From the human T2T-CHM13v2.0 reference genome, Homo sapiens, in NCBI RefSeq assembly GCF_009914755.1, contig NC_060926.1: a DNA stretch of 64,000 nucleotides, one strand, 5' to 3'. The translations under genes were made by a program, and so were the position numbers. The notes under the pieces are model-generated. The model was given only the letters and a program-made list of their open reading frames with translations. It ran no database searches and had not been told where the DNA came from. This document shows positions 27,504 to 56,040 of the stretch, in pieces; within the stretch, counting starts at the first letter, position 1; the number at the start of each line of letters is the position of its first letter.

Positions 27504-27639
27504 GAAATGTGTATTTAGTGCAAGCCTATTGTGAGCAAGGCATCATGCAAAGCACTCAGTAAATATTAACAAAGAAGGCAGGAGAGGTGTTTCATTTCCA
27601 GAGTTATCTTATCTTTGAAATTCTAAGACTTAAAGTATT

Positions 27640-28040
27640 ACTTATTCAAATCTTTTGCCATCTTTTTTTTTTTTTACTATTAGATTTTTTCCTATGGGGT
27701 TGTTTGAGCTCCTTACATTTTCAGGTTATTCCCTTGTCAGATGGGCAGTTTGCAGATATTTTCTCCTATTCTGTGGGCTGCCACTTCACTTTGTTGATTG
27801 TTTCCTTTGCTGTAGAAGAAGAAACTTTTTAACCCATTTATGCCTTGTGTTCTACTATTGGAACGCTAAGCTTGTGGGAGTCATTTATATCCTACTGCTC
27901 AAGGTCATCACCAAGATCTGATTTCTCACGCACAAAAAATTTGCAACCTCCAGCATAAATGGGTTAACTTGATGTGATCCCATTTGTCCATGTTGGCTTT
28001 GGTTGTCTGTGCTTGTGGGGTATTAATAAATCTTTGCCCA
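27640..28040 (-). mobile_element. L1 (L1MA/PB-like) ORF2 fragment, interrupted by MER85
   Basis: cccttgtcagatggg..tttgcagatattttctcc...ttaacttgatgtgatcccatttgtcc. Confidence 0.8.
27833..27963. mobile_element. MER85 (piggyBac/PGBD3-derived MITE)
   Basis: TIRs CCCATTTATGC...GCATAAATGGG, with TTAA at both 27829-27832 and 27964-27967. Internal GTTC..ATTGGAAC palindrome; 131 bp. Confidence 0.9.
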
Positions 28041-28254
28041 TCCCATTAAGCCAAAGTCTTCAACTATTTCAACCTTCTCAAATCCCAATAACATATTTTA
28101 ATTCTGAATTCTCCCAATAACCAATATCTATGCATCAAAATCTGTAAGTTGAACTCTTTTTATATAACAGAATGATTAGGCTTGCACTGCCTCGCCTCTC
28201 TTACCTATCGCTAGGATATTCACAGTTCTTTCTATTTGCATATTTGTATTTTTT

Positions 28255-28380
28255 AAAGACTTTTTTCTTAGAGCAGCATTAGGTTCACAGCACAATTGAG
28301 AGGAAGGTACAGAGATTTATCATATATCCGCTGTCCTCACACATGCATAGCTTCTCCATTATCAACATCCCCAGCAGAAG
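28255..28380 (-). mobile_element. Old L1 3'-terminal fragment
   Basis: ttagagcagcattaggttcacagca...cacacatgcatagc...ccattatcaacatcccc; similar to 13055-13290. Confidence 0.7.
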
Positions 28381-28420
28381 AATATGTGCATTACTGTTGG
28401 TGCACTTTGATTTTTTAGAA

Positions 28421-28694
28421 TACATGCATACACATACACACAGTCATACAAAGCCCTTGGGAACGTGGCTTTGTTTTGATGGAGAAGCAGTTGACATCAT
28501 AGTAATGCAAATAACTTCACATGGAGCAGCAGTGGCTTCGACTTAGAGCCTCATCACGCTTAAAATGTCATTTACCACCCCCCAGTCCCATCAGTCCACT
28601 CACTATCTTGCTAGCTCCTTCACTTTCCTCTAGAGTAACATTGGTCTCCATCTGTGCTCTCCCCCATCACCTGCCCATCTCAACCTTGGGCTGC
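28421..28694 (+). repeat. Diverged direct repeat, copy 1 (pairs with 33241-33567)
   Basis: Collinear blocks shared with copy 2; see findings. Confidence 0.8.
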
Positions 28695-30787
28695 AAGGTA
28701 TCATTTATCCCCAAATTGATATACAGGTTTAACACAATTTCTGTCAAAATCCCAGCAAGAATTTTTGTATATATAGACAAGCTTATGCTAAAATGTACAT
28801 GAAAGGCAAAGGAACTAGAATAAATAAAACGATATTGAAAATGAAGAAAATAACATGGAAGAAATAGTTCTACCCAACTTGATGACTTATTGTATAGCTA
28901 CCATAATCAAGACAAGTACCCAGCCTGGGAAGCTCCCTGGTCCTACTGGGTTGATACTCCTCTTCCCCACCCAGAGACACCAGGAGTCCAGGTGGAACAA
29001 CCAAGGTGATTACACCATAACAGATCCCCAGCCTTTGATCAAGGAAGGGCTATTGTGCCACAAGTGGCCAGCCTGGAAGAGCTCTTTATCCCCGCAGGCC
29101 AGAGACTCCCTCTTCCTACCCAGAAGCACCAGGCAGCTCGGCCTAGGGAGGCTCCTTCTGCCATTCTGCCAGAAGGGTTACTGGGAGCCTCACTGGCACT
29201 AGATAAACTAAGAAAACTGAAATAACATTGCAAGGACTCTGAAAATTAAATTTTCATTGGAACTACAGCTCATAAAAACAAGCCAGGTTCTTTGTGCTAA
29301 ACCTAATCAGGGTGACTGACTACTGAAATGAGAAATGTATATGGGACCCAGAGTCTCCTAACATCATAGCCAAAATGTATAGTATGCAATAAAAGATCAC
29401 CCATTATACAAAGATCACAACTTGAATGAGAACAATCAATCAACTGATGCTAACAACAAGAATGAGAACAAACCTTGTAATTATTTGACACGAATTTTAA
29501 AGCATCCATCATAAAAATGCTTCAACAAACAATTACAAATTCTCTTGAAACAAAGGAAAAATAGAAAATCTCAACAAAGAAATATACAGTATAAAAAGGA
29601 AAGTTATAAAACTGAAAAATACAATAAACAAAAATAAAAAAAGACTCATTACATGGGCTCAATAGTAGAATGGAGGTGACACAGGAAAAAAATCAGTAAA
29701 TTTGAGGACAGAATAATGGAATTTACCCCATCTGAACAGAGAGAAAACAGACTAAAAGAAGTAAATAAACAGTTTCAAGGATCTATATAAAAATGGCAAA
29801 GACCCAACATTTGTATATTGGCATCCCAAAAGAAAGACGGGGGAAGACTAAAAAGTACTCAAAGAAATAATGGCTGAAATCCCAGCTTTGGCAAAAGACA
29901 TAAGCCCACAGACACAAGAAACTGAGTGAAGTCCAATAGGATAAACCCGAAGAAATTCATGCCAAGACACAGTAAAAACTGAAGATGAAAGGAAAATCTT
30001 GAAAGCTGCCAGAGAGAAATGACACATTCATTCTAGGGGCACACCAATTTAAATGAAAATTTCTCATCTGAAACTATTCAGAGCATAAGGAAGTGGCACA
30101 ATCTTTTACAAACGCTGAAATAAAAGAACTGTCAACTTTGAATTCTACGTTGGGTGAACGAAGGTGTTCTGCAGAAATGAAGGGGAAATAAACGTTCTCA
30201 GATGAAGAAAAAAAGAATTTATGGCTAGTGACCTACCTTTAAAGAATGTCGAAAGGAAGTTCTTTAAATAGGAAATGATACAAGGAGTTGTATTGGGGCA
30301 TCCAGAGGAAAATAAAACAGAAAGAAAAGAAACACGGGTACCTACAATAAACTAAACTACTCCTTATCTCGTAAATCACAATTGATGAAAAAGTAAACCT
30401 AAAACCGCGCTGAAAAATGAAGTCTATTACTCTTTAAAAAAAAAAAAAAAAAAAGCAGATGCATGATATTTACAATCACTCCAAAGAAAATGAAATACTT
30501 AGATACACACTTAAATATCATATGCAAGATATGTATGTTGAAAATTATGAAATGCTGATGAAAGAAATCAGTGAAGAACTAAATAAATGGAGAGACATAT
30601 GTCCATGGATTGAAAGACTCGACATAATGAAGATGTCATTTCCCCAAAAATTGATTTAAAAGTTTAATGCAATTTCTATAAAAATCCTAGCAAAGTTTTT
30701 GCCAACATATACAAGCTTTTTCTAAAATTTATATGGAAAGGCACAGGTCTTAGAATAGGTAGAATACTCTTCAGAAAGACAAATGAA

Positions 30788-30912
30788 GCCAGGCACGATA
30801 GGGCATACCTATAGTCCCAGCTACTCAGGAAACTGAAGATTGCTTGAGCCCAGGGGTTGGAGTCTTGCAACATAGCAAGAACCCGTATCTAAAAAAATAA
30901 AAAATTTAAAAA
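30788..30912 (+). mobile_element. FLAM/Alu monomer
   Basis: gccaggcac...cctatagtcccagctactcagga...gcttgagcccagg plus A tail. Confidence 0.75.
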
Positions 30913-31348
30913 AGAAGAATAGAGTAGAAGAAATCCCCTTACCTGATATTAAGGCTTACTATATAGAAAAAATAATCAAGACAGTGTGGTTTTAGCAGGT
31001 GGACTGACACATTGATCAATAGAAAAGAAGAGATGCCAGAAATAAACCCAAGCGAATATGCCCAGCCAACTTTAGAAAAAGATGCAAAAGCAATTTAGTG
31101 ATGACAGATACCCTTGTCAACAAACGGTACTGGAGCAATTGGAAATCTATAGGCAAAAACAAAAACAGTAACAAAAAACAAAAATCCCACCCACAATAAC
31201 CTTAGACTTAAATTTCACGTCTCATTTGGAAATTATAGACTTCATTATAAAAAATGAAACTATAAAACTTGTAGAAAAATAGCAAAAAATCTCCAGGATC
31301 TAGAGCTAGGCAGACTTCTTAAGCTTGACATGAAAAGCACAATCAATG

Positions 31349-31483
31349 GGGCCCGGCGTGGTGTCTCATGCCTAGTAATCCCAGCACTTTGGGAGGCTGA
31401 GGCGGGCAGATCACCTGAGCTCAGGAGTTCAAGACCAGCCTGGGCAACATGGAGAAACCCTGTCTCTAAATAAATAAATAAAA
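31349..31483 (+). mobile_element. Alu left monomer with (TAAA)n tail
   Basis: Alu consensus with flanking aaagcacaat duplication. Confidence 0.85.
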
Positions 31484-32239
31484 GGAAAGCAAAGCACAAT
31501 AAGTAAAAGAAAAATTAATAACGAGGACCTCATGAAAATTAAGAAGTGTTGCTTTGTGAAAGTCTCTGTTAAGAGGATGAGAAGTCAAGCTACAGAATGG
31601 GAGGAAATATTTGCATGCCACATCTCACAAAGGACTAATTACTAGAATATGTGGAATATGCAAAGAACTCTCAAAGTTCGGCAGTGAAAAACAAACAATT
31701 CAATTAGAAAATGAGCAAGAGACCTGAACATCCTTATTACCCTACGGGATTTACAGATAGCACATAAACACATAAAAAGATGTTTCCCTCGCCATTGGGG
31801 AAAGGCAAATTAAAACCATGATGAGATGAGATACCACTATGAACCTATGAGAATAGCTACCATTAAAAATAATGATGATACCAAATGCTGGTGAGGGTAT
31901 GGGAAACTGGATCTCTCATACATTGCTGGTGGGGATGGAAAAGGGCACAGCCACTCTGGAAAATGGCTTGGCAGTTTCTTATAAAACTAAGCATTCAACT
32001 ACCATATGACCCAGTAATTGCATTCATAGATGTTTATCCCAACAAAATAAAAAAGTGTGTCCACACAAAAAAGCACACGCAAATGTCCATAGCAGCTTTC
32101 TGTGTAAAAGCCAAAGCTGGAAATAATCCAGATGTTCTTTGATGGGTAAATGGTTAAACAAACTGGCACATCTGTACCATGGAACACTACTCAGCAACAA
32201 AAAGGAACAGACTATTGATATATGGAACGACTTGGATGG

Positions 32240-32458
<219 letters not shown>

Positions 32459-32715
32459 ATGTTACATGGAAAAAGCCAGTCCCAAAACATTACATCCTGT
32501 ATGATTCCATTTATATAGCCTTCTTGAAAGGACAAAATTCTAGATATGGAGAACAGATTAGTGGTGTCTAGGAGCTGAGGAGAGTGGAGGGGTGGGGGCA
32601 GGGGTAGCAGGAGGGAGGGAGATCTTTGTGGTGATGGAACAGTCCTGTACCTGCATTGCCGTGGTGGGGTCACACATCTACAGGTGTGATAAACAGGCAA
32701 CAAACTGTACCCATC

Positions 32716-33110
32716 CAGTCACATGTCACTTAAAAACAGGGATATGTTCTGAGAAATGCCTCATTAGGCAATTTTGTCATGAAACCATCATAGAATGTCT
32801 TACACAAACGTCGATGGTAGAGACTGGCACACACCTAGGCTGTATGGTACGGCCTGTTGCTCCTAGGCTAGGAGCCTGTGCAGCGTGTTACTGTACTGAA
32901 TGGTGTGGACGATCCCGTGTGCTCTCAGTCACACTGTCCAGCCCTGAACACAGTGGCATTTGTGTATCTAAACATAGAAAAGGTAGTGTGTTATGCTATG
33001 ATGTCACTAGGTAATAGGAATATTTTAGCTCCATTATAATCACATGGGACCACCATCGATTGTGAGGTTCATCATTGACTGAAACGACATTGTCCTGCTG
33101 TGCGTTACTG
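32716..33110. mobile_element. Tigger3/MER7-type DNA transposon MITE
   Basis: cagtca...ggatatgttctgagaaatgc...acacacctaggct...gggaccacc...gactgaaacg...actg. Confidence 0.8.
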
Positions 33111-33240
33111 TCCGTTGTACCAATGTCCATTTCCTGTTTTGAGATCCCACTACAATCACAACGAGGTGAAGAGTACACAGGACCTCTCTTGTACTATCTT
33201 TGCAACCTCCTGTTAATCTATAATTACTTCAAACTAAGCA

Positions 33241-33243
33241 GTA

Positions 33244-33284
<41 letters not shown>

Positions 33285-33567
33285 CACAGTCACACAAAGC
33301 CCTTGGGAGCATGGCAAGAGAAGGAATTGATACCATAAGAGTGCAAACAACCTCACAGGAAGTGGTGAGGACTTCCATTTACAGTGTCTCCACTCTTAAA
33401 ATGTCACTCATTGCCCACCCTCCTTCCGGCACCCTGGCACAATCCAGCAGCTCTGGTCTTCCCCCACTTGGTAGTTCCTTCCCCTCCCACCTCAGCTGTG
33501 CTCTGAAGTAACATTCACATCCACCTGTCCCTGCCTACACTTCCTTCCCCTCTCTACTTTGGGTTGC
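33241..33567 (+). repeat. Diverged direct repeat, copy 2, starting with (CA)n
   Basis: Collinear blocks shared with copy 1; see findings. Confidence 0.8.
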
Positions 33568-33602
33568 CAAACCTACACCACCCCTCTGACCCCACTCCAA
33601 GG

Positions 33603-33700
33603 CAACCAATCAGAGAAAGCCATCCTCCTGGCCAGGGGTGGGCACGTGACCCAACCAATCAGAGAAAGCCATCCTCCTGGCCAGGGGTGAGCATGTGACC
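33603..33700 (+). repeat. 49-bp tandem duplication carrying a CCAAT box and E-box
   Basis: caaccaatcagagaaagccatcctcctggccaggggtg(g/a)gca(c/t)gtgacc twice, 2 mismatches. Confidence 0.95.
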
Positions 33701-36324
33701 CAAATTAGGCCAAGCAGAGTCCTTGTAGGGGGCTGCCATTTGACCCCTGCAGCTCGGGCTCAAAGCAAGGCCTTCCACCTGCATCTCCAGGGCCACCACT
33801 CCAGGGGAGCCACTCACGATGTGTTCTACATAACATTTGTCTCAGAGGGAATCTAAGCCCGAGTCCCAGAAGAGGAAACTTCAGGAAGGAAGGCATGCCA
33901 AAGCCAGGACTTCTGTGGGTGCAGACCAGCCAGGAAGGAGGGGGCCAGAGCCACGCAGATGGATACTACCCAGGCTCACCTGCCTCCCAGGGAGCCTGGT
34001 ACCCTCAGCTGGGCCAGCTCCCGGCCCATGGCTACTGGTAGCCAAGGAGCCCTCGCTGTGCTTCAAACAGCCTGGGGGTGTTACAGCACCCCTCTCACAT
34101 GGAAACCTTTCTGGGGTCCCATGTCCCTCGCCTGCTGTGCAGGATTGAGGAGCCACTGGAGGAGGCCAGAGTCTCAGAGCACCAGGGCTGAGCGGGCACA
34201 GGGGATTCTTTTCACAGGGAGGAGGCCAAAGCTGAAGGGGCTGGAATAAGAATCTCCTGGGAGGCCAGACGTGGGCATTCTCTCTTTCCTCCTCCTCCCC
34301 GTCTCCTCACTTTTGTACCTCCTTTCCCCCTCTCTTCTCCCTCTCTCTTCATCTGCCCCTCTCTCCCTCTTCCCCTCTTGCCTGCTTCTCCGTCTCCCCC
34401 TCCAAGGCATGTCAGAACTAAGCAGAACCAGCAAAGTGGTGTCTCTGTCTTCACCTGGTTACCCCCCACGCTGGTCCCCTAGCCCTGCTTTCCCCGGCTC
34501 TGTTCCTGGCTCCCAGCCCTGGCCACCCTGGGCAACCCGGTCCAGCCAAGACCAGGCTGTTTTGGAAAAGTGCAGGGAGGTGGCAGAATGTGCGGTCTGC
34601 GAGTGCCCTCCAAACTGGCGCCCCAATCCCTGGACAAACAGAGTCCATGTTTGCCTGTCCACAGTGGTCTGTGTTCTCCTTCCAGGCTGGGAGATCCCGC
34701 GGGTAGGCGACCGTGTCAGGGACGTCATTGACCCACTGGGCCCATGGGGGAGAGGCAAGGACAGCCTAAGTGATGACAGGGCCAGCCGCCTGCCCAGCTG
34801 GGCCCGCCTACCCTGAGCAGGGTGGTCAGGCCGAGGGCAGCCCAGGGACCATGCTTTCATTGCCTCTGCTGCCACACGGGACACTCCACCAGGAGGGATG
34901 GAATTTACTCTCTGGAAAACAACCGCCTTTCCTGGCACGACTCCCTGCGGAAGCTGGGGCTTTTCACTGCTTCTCAGGACCCTGGGGGCCTCTGTCCGAG
35001 GGAGCCCCTTGGAGTGGGCATGTGCGGGTGGGGCAGGCCACCAGTACTACCTTCTGCTTTTTGTGACTTAAGGGAAGTCCCCCTGCCCCTTTCCCCACCC
35101 TGGGAAGAGTGGAGGACTGGGGCAGCGTCACAGTGCGGAGGAGAGGTGAGGCAGAACAGACGCCAGAGCAGGTGAGCTGGGGTTAGGGTTGCCGAGCGTT
35201 CTGCTCTGGTGACGTTGCTTCAATGCTGGGTCCTTCTCTTCTGGGTGGCCAGGCTCCGAGACCTAGGCAGAGCGAGGCCCTACACCCCAGGGTGTGCCTG
35301 GGCCAGCGTGCTCTGAGCTGAGGTTGGGTCTGACTGACTGTATGGAAAAGAAACGCTGCAGCCGCAAAAAGGCTCTTCTCAGGTCAGCTCAGGGGTGGGC
35401 CTTCCCCCTCAGGCTATGGGGATGGGACCCGGGCGGGGCAGAGGCTGGGGCCAGCCTGGTCACGCTGCAGCCTTTCCCGGTTCCCAGTGTGCAGCTCCAG
35501 GGGCCGAAGCTCTGTCTCTCATTGCCCTCCCTCCCCACCCACAGCCCCTCAATCCCGGGAACCACCTGGGGTTTTCTCAGCACTGAAAGTCGTGCCCATC
35601 ACGGGTCCTCGCCTCAGGCCTCTGTGACAGTCAGGCTGTGGATCTTTCCATGAAATGTGATCATCGGCGAAAGAGGACAGGGTTTCAGTCCTCAAATAGG
35701 CCTGGAGAATGCTGCAGCCTGTGTTCACCCCACACTCTACTGCCCCTGAGGCTACACATCCTGGGGCTCAGGGTTCTGACAAGGCCTGCAGAAGGGGAAC
35801 CGGGATGACTGTGTTTAACCCATTTCCCAAACTCATTTGATCATGGAATCTATCTGATCCCACAACACCCATGAAACAGGCTTTGAGAAGTGCTGGCATG
35901 GGACGCGAGCCCAGACGTCAGAAGAACTGAATTCTGCTCCCTAATTTGCCACGTGACTGTGAACATCAGTGTCCTCACTCAAGTTAACAAGACAGGCTCA
36001 GAGCTCTCGGTCCCCCTGTCCAGCCTCGAAACACCTGGCACAGCCAGCCACAGCCACACTCGGAGCATCCTCCCAGCTGCCCCTCCCCCAATAGGCTGAC
36101 CGGTTCTCTCTCTCCCTCCCCAGGGAACCTCCTCCTCCCAGGACTCTGTCACAGGCCTCTGTGCCCGCATGCAAGGAATGGCGAACTGGCCTCACGGGAC
36201 GGTCTTAGGGAAGAGCTTCCTAACTGACAAGGTGGATGGGCACTGCTGATGTGAACACAGGTAGCCGGGGAGGACTCTTTCAGTAAGGCTGGGAAGGCAG
36301 AGAGCAGAGACGCAACGGAGACAA

Positions 36325-39315
36325 GGGCGGGTCCCCACGGTTTATTCTAGAAGCCTATAGAAGAGCCACATTGAGTATTTCCAAAATCACAAAATGCACA
36401 ACATTCATGTTTTTAATATGCAACATGGAATATTATATACAGATTAAAACCACGACAGCAAAAACACTCACACGGTACCAGTTTCATATCAAAACAAAAC
36501 ACACAAGTGCTTTTTCAATATTAAAACGACTGTGATAAAAACATATTAATATTTTGAACCATGTTTACAATAGAGCAAAATTCATATTTTACTAAATAAC
36601 AAATATTTAACAGCAAAAACTTTATACTAAATATCTATTTTGAATTATAACAAAAATAGTACTTATAATAGTTTATAAAGACAGACACAAAATTATAACA
36701 TTTATGAAAAAAAAGGTTTGTGTATAAAATAATATTATAGCCATCTGGGCAGGGTCACGGTGGTGCCCAGAACACAAACGCCAGCGCCCAACATCGAAAG
36801 TGCTTCAATCTGCAAGCCCGTGGCAGGAAGAGTTTTGTGGGGTTTTGTCTTTTTAAGGTCAAGTTGCAATAGTTAGGGATGATAAGTAAGAAACATCACC
36901 CATCTAATGCTAGCTGTATGAAACACACACGCACACGCACAGACACGGGCATCTCACTAGAGAGCTGAAAGGAGGGACCAATTACAACACAGGGATCCTG
37001 TCAGCCAGCCAGAGCTTTCTTCAGCTCTCTTCTCACTGCCTTTGAGACCCAGCGGGGCAAATGATCCTTCTTTCCTCCCTCACAGGGACCCCCCTCAGCT
37101 TTTCCTTCTCTGCCCCCTACCAGGCTGGCCACCCCCAGGGAAGGCCCCTGAGACCTCCCAGCCCCATGCCCCCTGCCCCTCACCTGGACCAGACCCAGTG
37201 GGCTTGTCTGAAGTTCCACTTACTGCTCTCCTAGATACTCAGTCAAAAACAATTGGTTCAGGGCCAGCTGGATCAGTTTAAAGGAAAATGAACCTCCCAG
37301 ACACTGGTTTTGTGTTGGGGGGAGGGGGTACAGGTCCGGGTGCACCATGTAGCTATGTTGCAAGCTTTGACAAGTCTTTACCCATTCTGGCCTGTTTTTC
37401 AGGATTAGGGATGAGCAATTTTGCCAATAATGTCTATTCCACACTGTTTTTTAGTAGTGGAAAAGTAGGAAATAAATGAAACATCTGAGACTCAGGGATT
37501 GGAGAGCAGTCTGTGTGGTATGGGCCCGTTCCTATAGTCTATCTTCAGGGTGGCTGTGAGTGGGGTCAGGGTCGGTCTGTGGGGCTGCCTACGGGATCTG
37601 GTCTGAGGGAGCCACTGAGGTGCTCACAGCAGCGATCGGGGACTGGCATGTCCTTCATTCTTCTGTGTTTTCGATTTTCTTGTAAAGGGGATTCATTGCT
37701 TTTACAACATCAAAAACCAATAAACACAGAAAGCAAGGAAAAATCTAGAGACTCACCAAACGCCCGGAAACCTTCCCCAGGAGGCATCCCAAATTGCCAA
37801 CACTCAAAACGCCAGTGGCAGGAGCTACTCCTCTTTCACCCAGTCATCCCGACTGGCCAGTTTTCAACCCAATCCCCCTGACAAACCGCACGTAGCCGCC
37901 TCTTCAGCTTCAGCTGCGGCAGCCTTCCCGCAGCTGTCCGGAGACCACACAGGGCCCTGCAATCAGCTCCGAGGCAGAACTGCCGCTGCGCTCACCTCCC
38001 CCACGCTTTCGCCTCTTCCCCACCCCTGAGCTGGGCTAAGCAGACAGTGGCATAGAGGTGGAAGGGACTTCAAGGACACCTTTTTCAGGGCGGAGGGCAA
38101 AGGGGGAGAGTTAAGGAAGGGAAGACGGAGGCCCTTGCTCCCCGTCAGAAGAACCCGTATCCTTCCCCATACTCACGCCTGGAGTCAGGGCCAGTGCACT
38201 GGGGTGAACAGGGGCCAAACAGGAAATCGTGGCCGCCTCCAAATCTACCTGATCAGGGTTTTTGACAGGAGAGGGAGGAGGCAATGGGCCACATTCCATC
38301 TCCACCAGGGATAAGGCAGAGGCACCGGACTTCAGTCCAGGAGTGAGGCTCCGAGATTAAACCCAAATAATGCCCGGAGCCGGGGAAGGCTTTCAACCCT
38401 AGGCCCTGGGGGCTGGGTTTGACCAGAGACCCCTTCCTCTTCACTCACAGAAGTCTCGCCAGGACAGCTAGAACACAGGCTAGGGCATGAAGGGGAGGAG
38501 ATGTTCACTCCAGACCCCAGCATCCCCAAGATTCTCTATCAGTGAATAAATATGGGGGCGGGCAGCACATGAGCCGCGGGCCTTAGGCGGCTGTGTGTAA
38601 CAGGGCCTGGTTCAGCAGGGGATGGGAAGGTGGGGGTGTCAGTGCACCTGCCCAGGGCCACCAGGGAGGATGCTGGGGAGACAGGGCCTGGGGCTCCTTT
38701 GCCCCAAGGTCAGAGGACAGAACAAGTAGCAGCAATAGGTAATTTCAAATTGTCCAAACTGGTGAGGGAGGGTGGGAACCGTGGCATAGGGAAGGGCAAT
38801 CTCCAGGTTGGACGCAGCCCCCGCCCCGCCAAGGTTGACTCCTGTTCTGCTACCCAGGATGCTGTTCCTGGGCAGACGCAGTGGGGGCGCAGGAGGAGGA
38901 GACGCTGAAGAGTGCGCCCAAGGGGGCACGGCTCTTCCCGTCCCCCAACCCCAGCTAAAAGGGTCCGAAAGGAACGGAGGGAAGGGAGCAGTTCAGAACA
39001 TCACAAAAACACTGTAGCACGCGCTGACACCTAACACTGTCACGGGCATGCAGAGCCCCTGCCACGCCCTTCCCAGGGGCTGAGCTGATGGTAAATGGGG
39101 AGTGGCTGGAGGGAAGCTGGAGCCAGAAGGGGAGCCCAGCCCTAGGAATGGGGCCCACTGGCTTTGGGTAGGGTTTGCCAGGGAGGGGGAGCAAGGGAGG
39201 GCAAGTATGGGGGCCACTCGCCCTCCCCGTTCCGGCCCCCTCCCACACACAGGTTTCTACCTCCCACAACCACCACCCCGCTGCCTGGGCTGGGCTGAGG
39301 CGGGTGGGTCTTGGG
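36325..39315 (-). other. CYP26B1: CYP26B1 3'UTR (~3 kb) with AU-rich distal end
   Basis: Runs from the stop codon to just past the AATAAA. The distal ~400 nt is strongly AU-rich. The exact cleavage site is inferred. Confidence 0.8.
36341..36346 (-). terminator. Polyadenylation signal AATAAA of CYP26B1
   Basis: tttatt on the plus strand, followed on the minus strand by the GU/U-rich CCTTGTCTCCGTTGCGTCTCTG. A variant ATTAAA lies at 36417-36412. Confidence 0.8.
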
Positions 39316-55205
<15,890 letters not shown>

Positions 55206-55728
55206 TTAGGGGCTGCTCAAGGGGTGGTGAGATGAAGCCGTGAGTCAAGCTGGTGGGTTTGCTCTCCCCGCTACCATCACACTCGGAAAACTTTGGAAAA
55301 CTTTGTCCAGAGGGAGCCTCTCTCTCGTAAGCCCCTTCCCCTGCTCGGAAAAAAAGAAGGGGGCAGAGAGCTAGCAGAGAGAAAGTGCGGTCGATTTGTC
55401 AAAAGTATTGCAGTATGGCCCCAAAATTCCTAGGTGAAAAAAAGAAAAAAAGAAAAAATTCCTGAATCCAAAAATTCCAACGAACCCAGAAACTTTGGGG
55501 GCGAGGGAGAAAGCTCCCTGGCTGAGGCGAGTGGAGAGGCCGGAGCCTAAAAGTCCCTGGGCTGCCCGGGGCGGCGCGCTCGAGCCCCAGAGCCGCCGCA
55601 GCACCCCCGAGGCAGGAGCGGCGGGCGAGGCGGCGAGGCGGGCGCTGCGGCCCGAGCGCGGGTGCGGAGCCGGCGGGCCGCGGCCGGGACGGGACGCAGC
55701 CGGCGACAGAGCCCCGGGCGGGCGATGG

Positions 55729-55764
<36 letters not shown>
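55729..55764 (+). repeat. (GGC)12 trinucleotide repeat in the CpG island
   Basis: 12 uninterrupted GGC units followed by AGC. Confidence 0.95.
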
Positions 55765-56031
55765 AGCGGGCGGGAGGGGTGAGGCGGGGTGGGGTTGGGG
55801 GAGGAGGTGGAAAACCCGAGCTGGGCTATTGTATCAATTAAGAAAAGGCAGTCCGTCCCGGGACGCGGTCTCTCGGCTCTGGAGTTGCTGCTGGGGGAAG
55901 AAATGGGGAAAAAAGAAAGGAAGGCAAAAGGAATGAAAGAGGGGGAAAAGCAGGAGGCAGGATTTCAGGGCTGGTGGTTTTAAAAGCTTCTCTCAATGTG
56001 AATTTGAGTCCAAAGCGAGGCGATGCGTGTG

Positions 56032-56040
56032 TTTATATAG
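56032..56040 (-). promoter_or_regulatory. Second candidate TATA box (CTATATAAA)
   Basis: tttatatag on the plus strand, an isolated AT motif downstream of GC boxes. Confidence 0.35.

Noticed and set aside
33603-33700. Short direct repeats as a CRISPR-like array (also 3605-3676, 23304-23345)
   Set aside because: Only two head-to-tail copies, no spacers, no cas genes, and a eukaryotic context.
36562-36569. TGTTTACA as a miR-30 site
   Set aside because: It is on the plus strand; the CYP26B1 mRNA reads UGUAAACA here, which is not the seed match.
37471-38550. Plus-strand AATAAA hexamers (37471, 38545) as the end of an antisense transcript
   Set aside because: No exon structure or other evidence for an antisense gene is visible; hexamers alone are insufficient.
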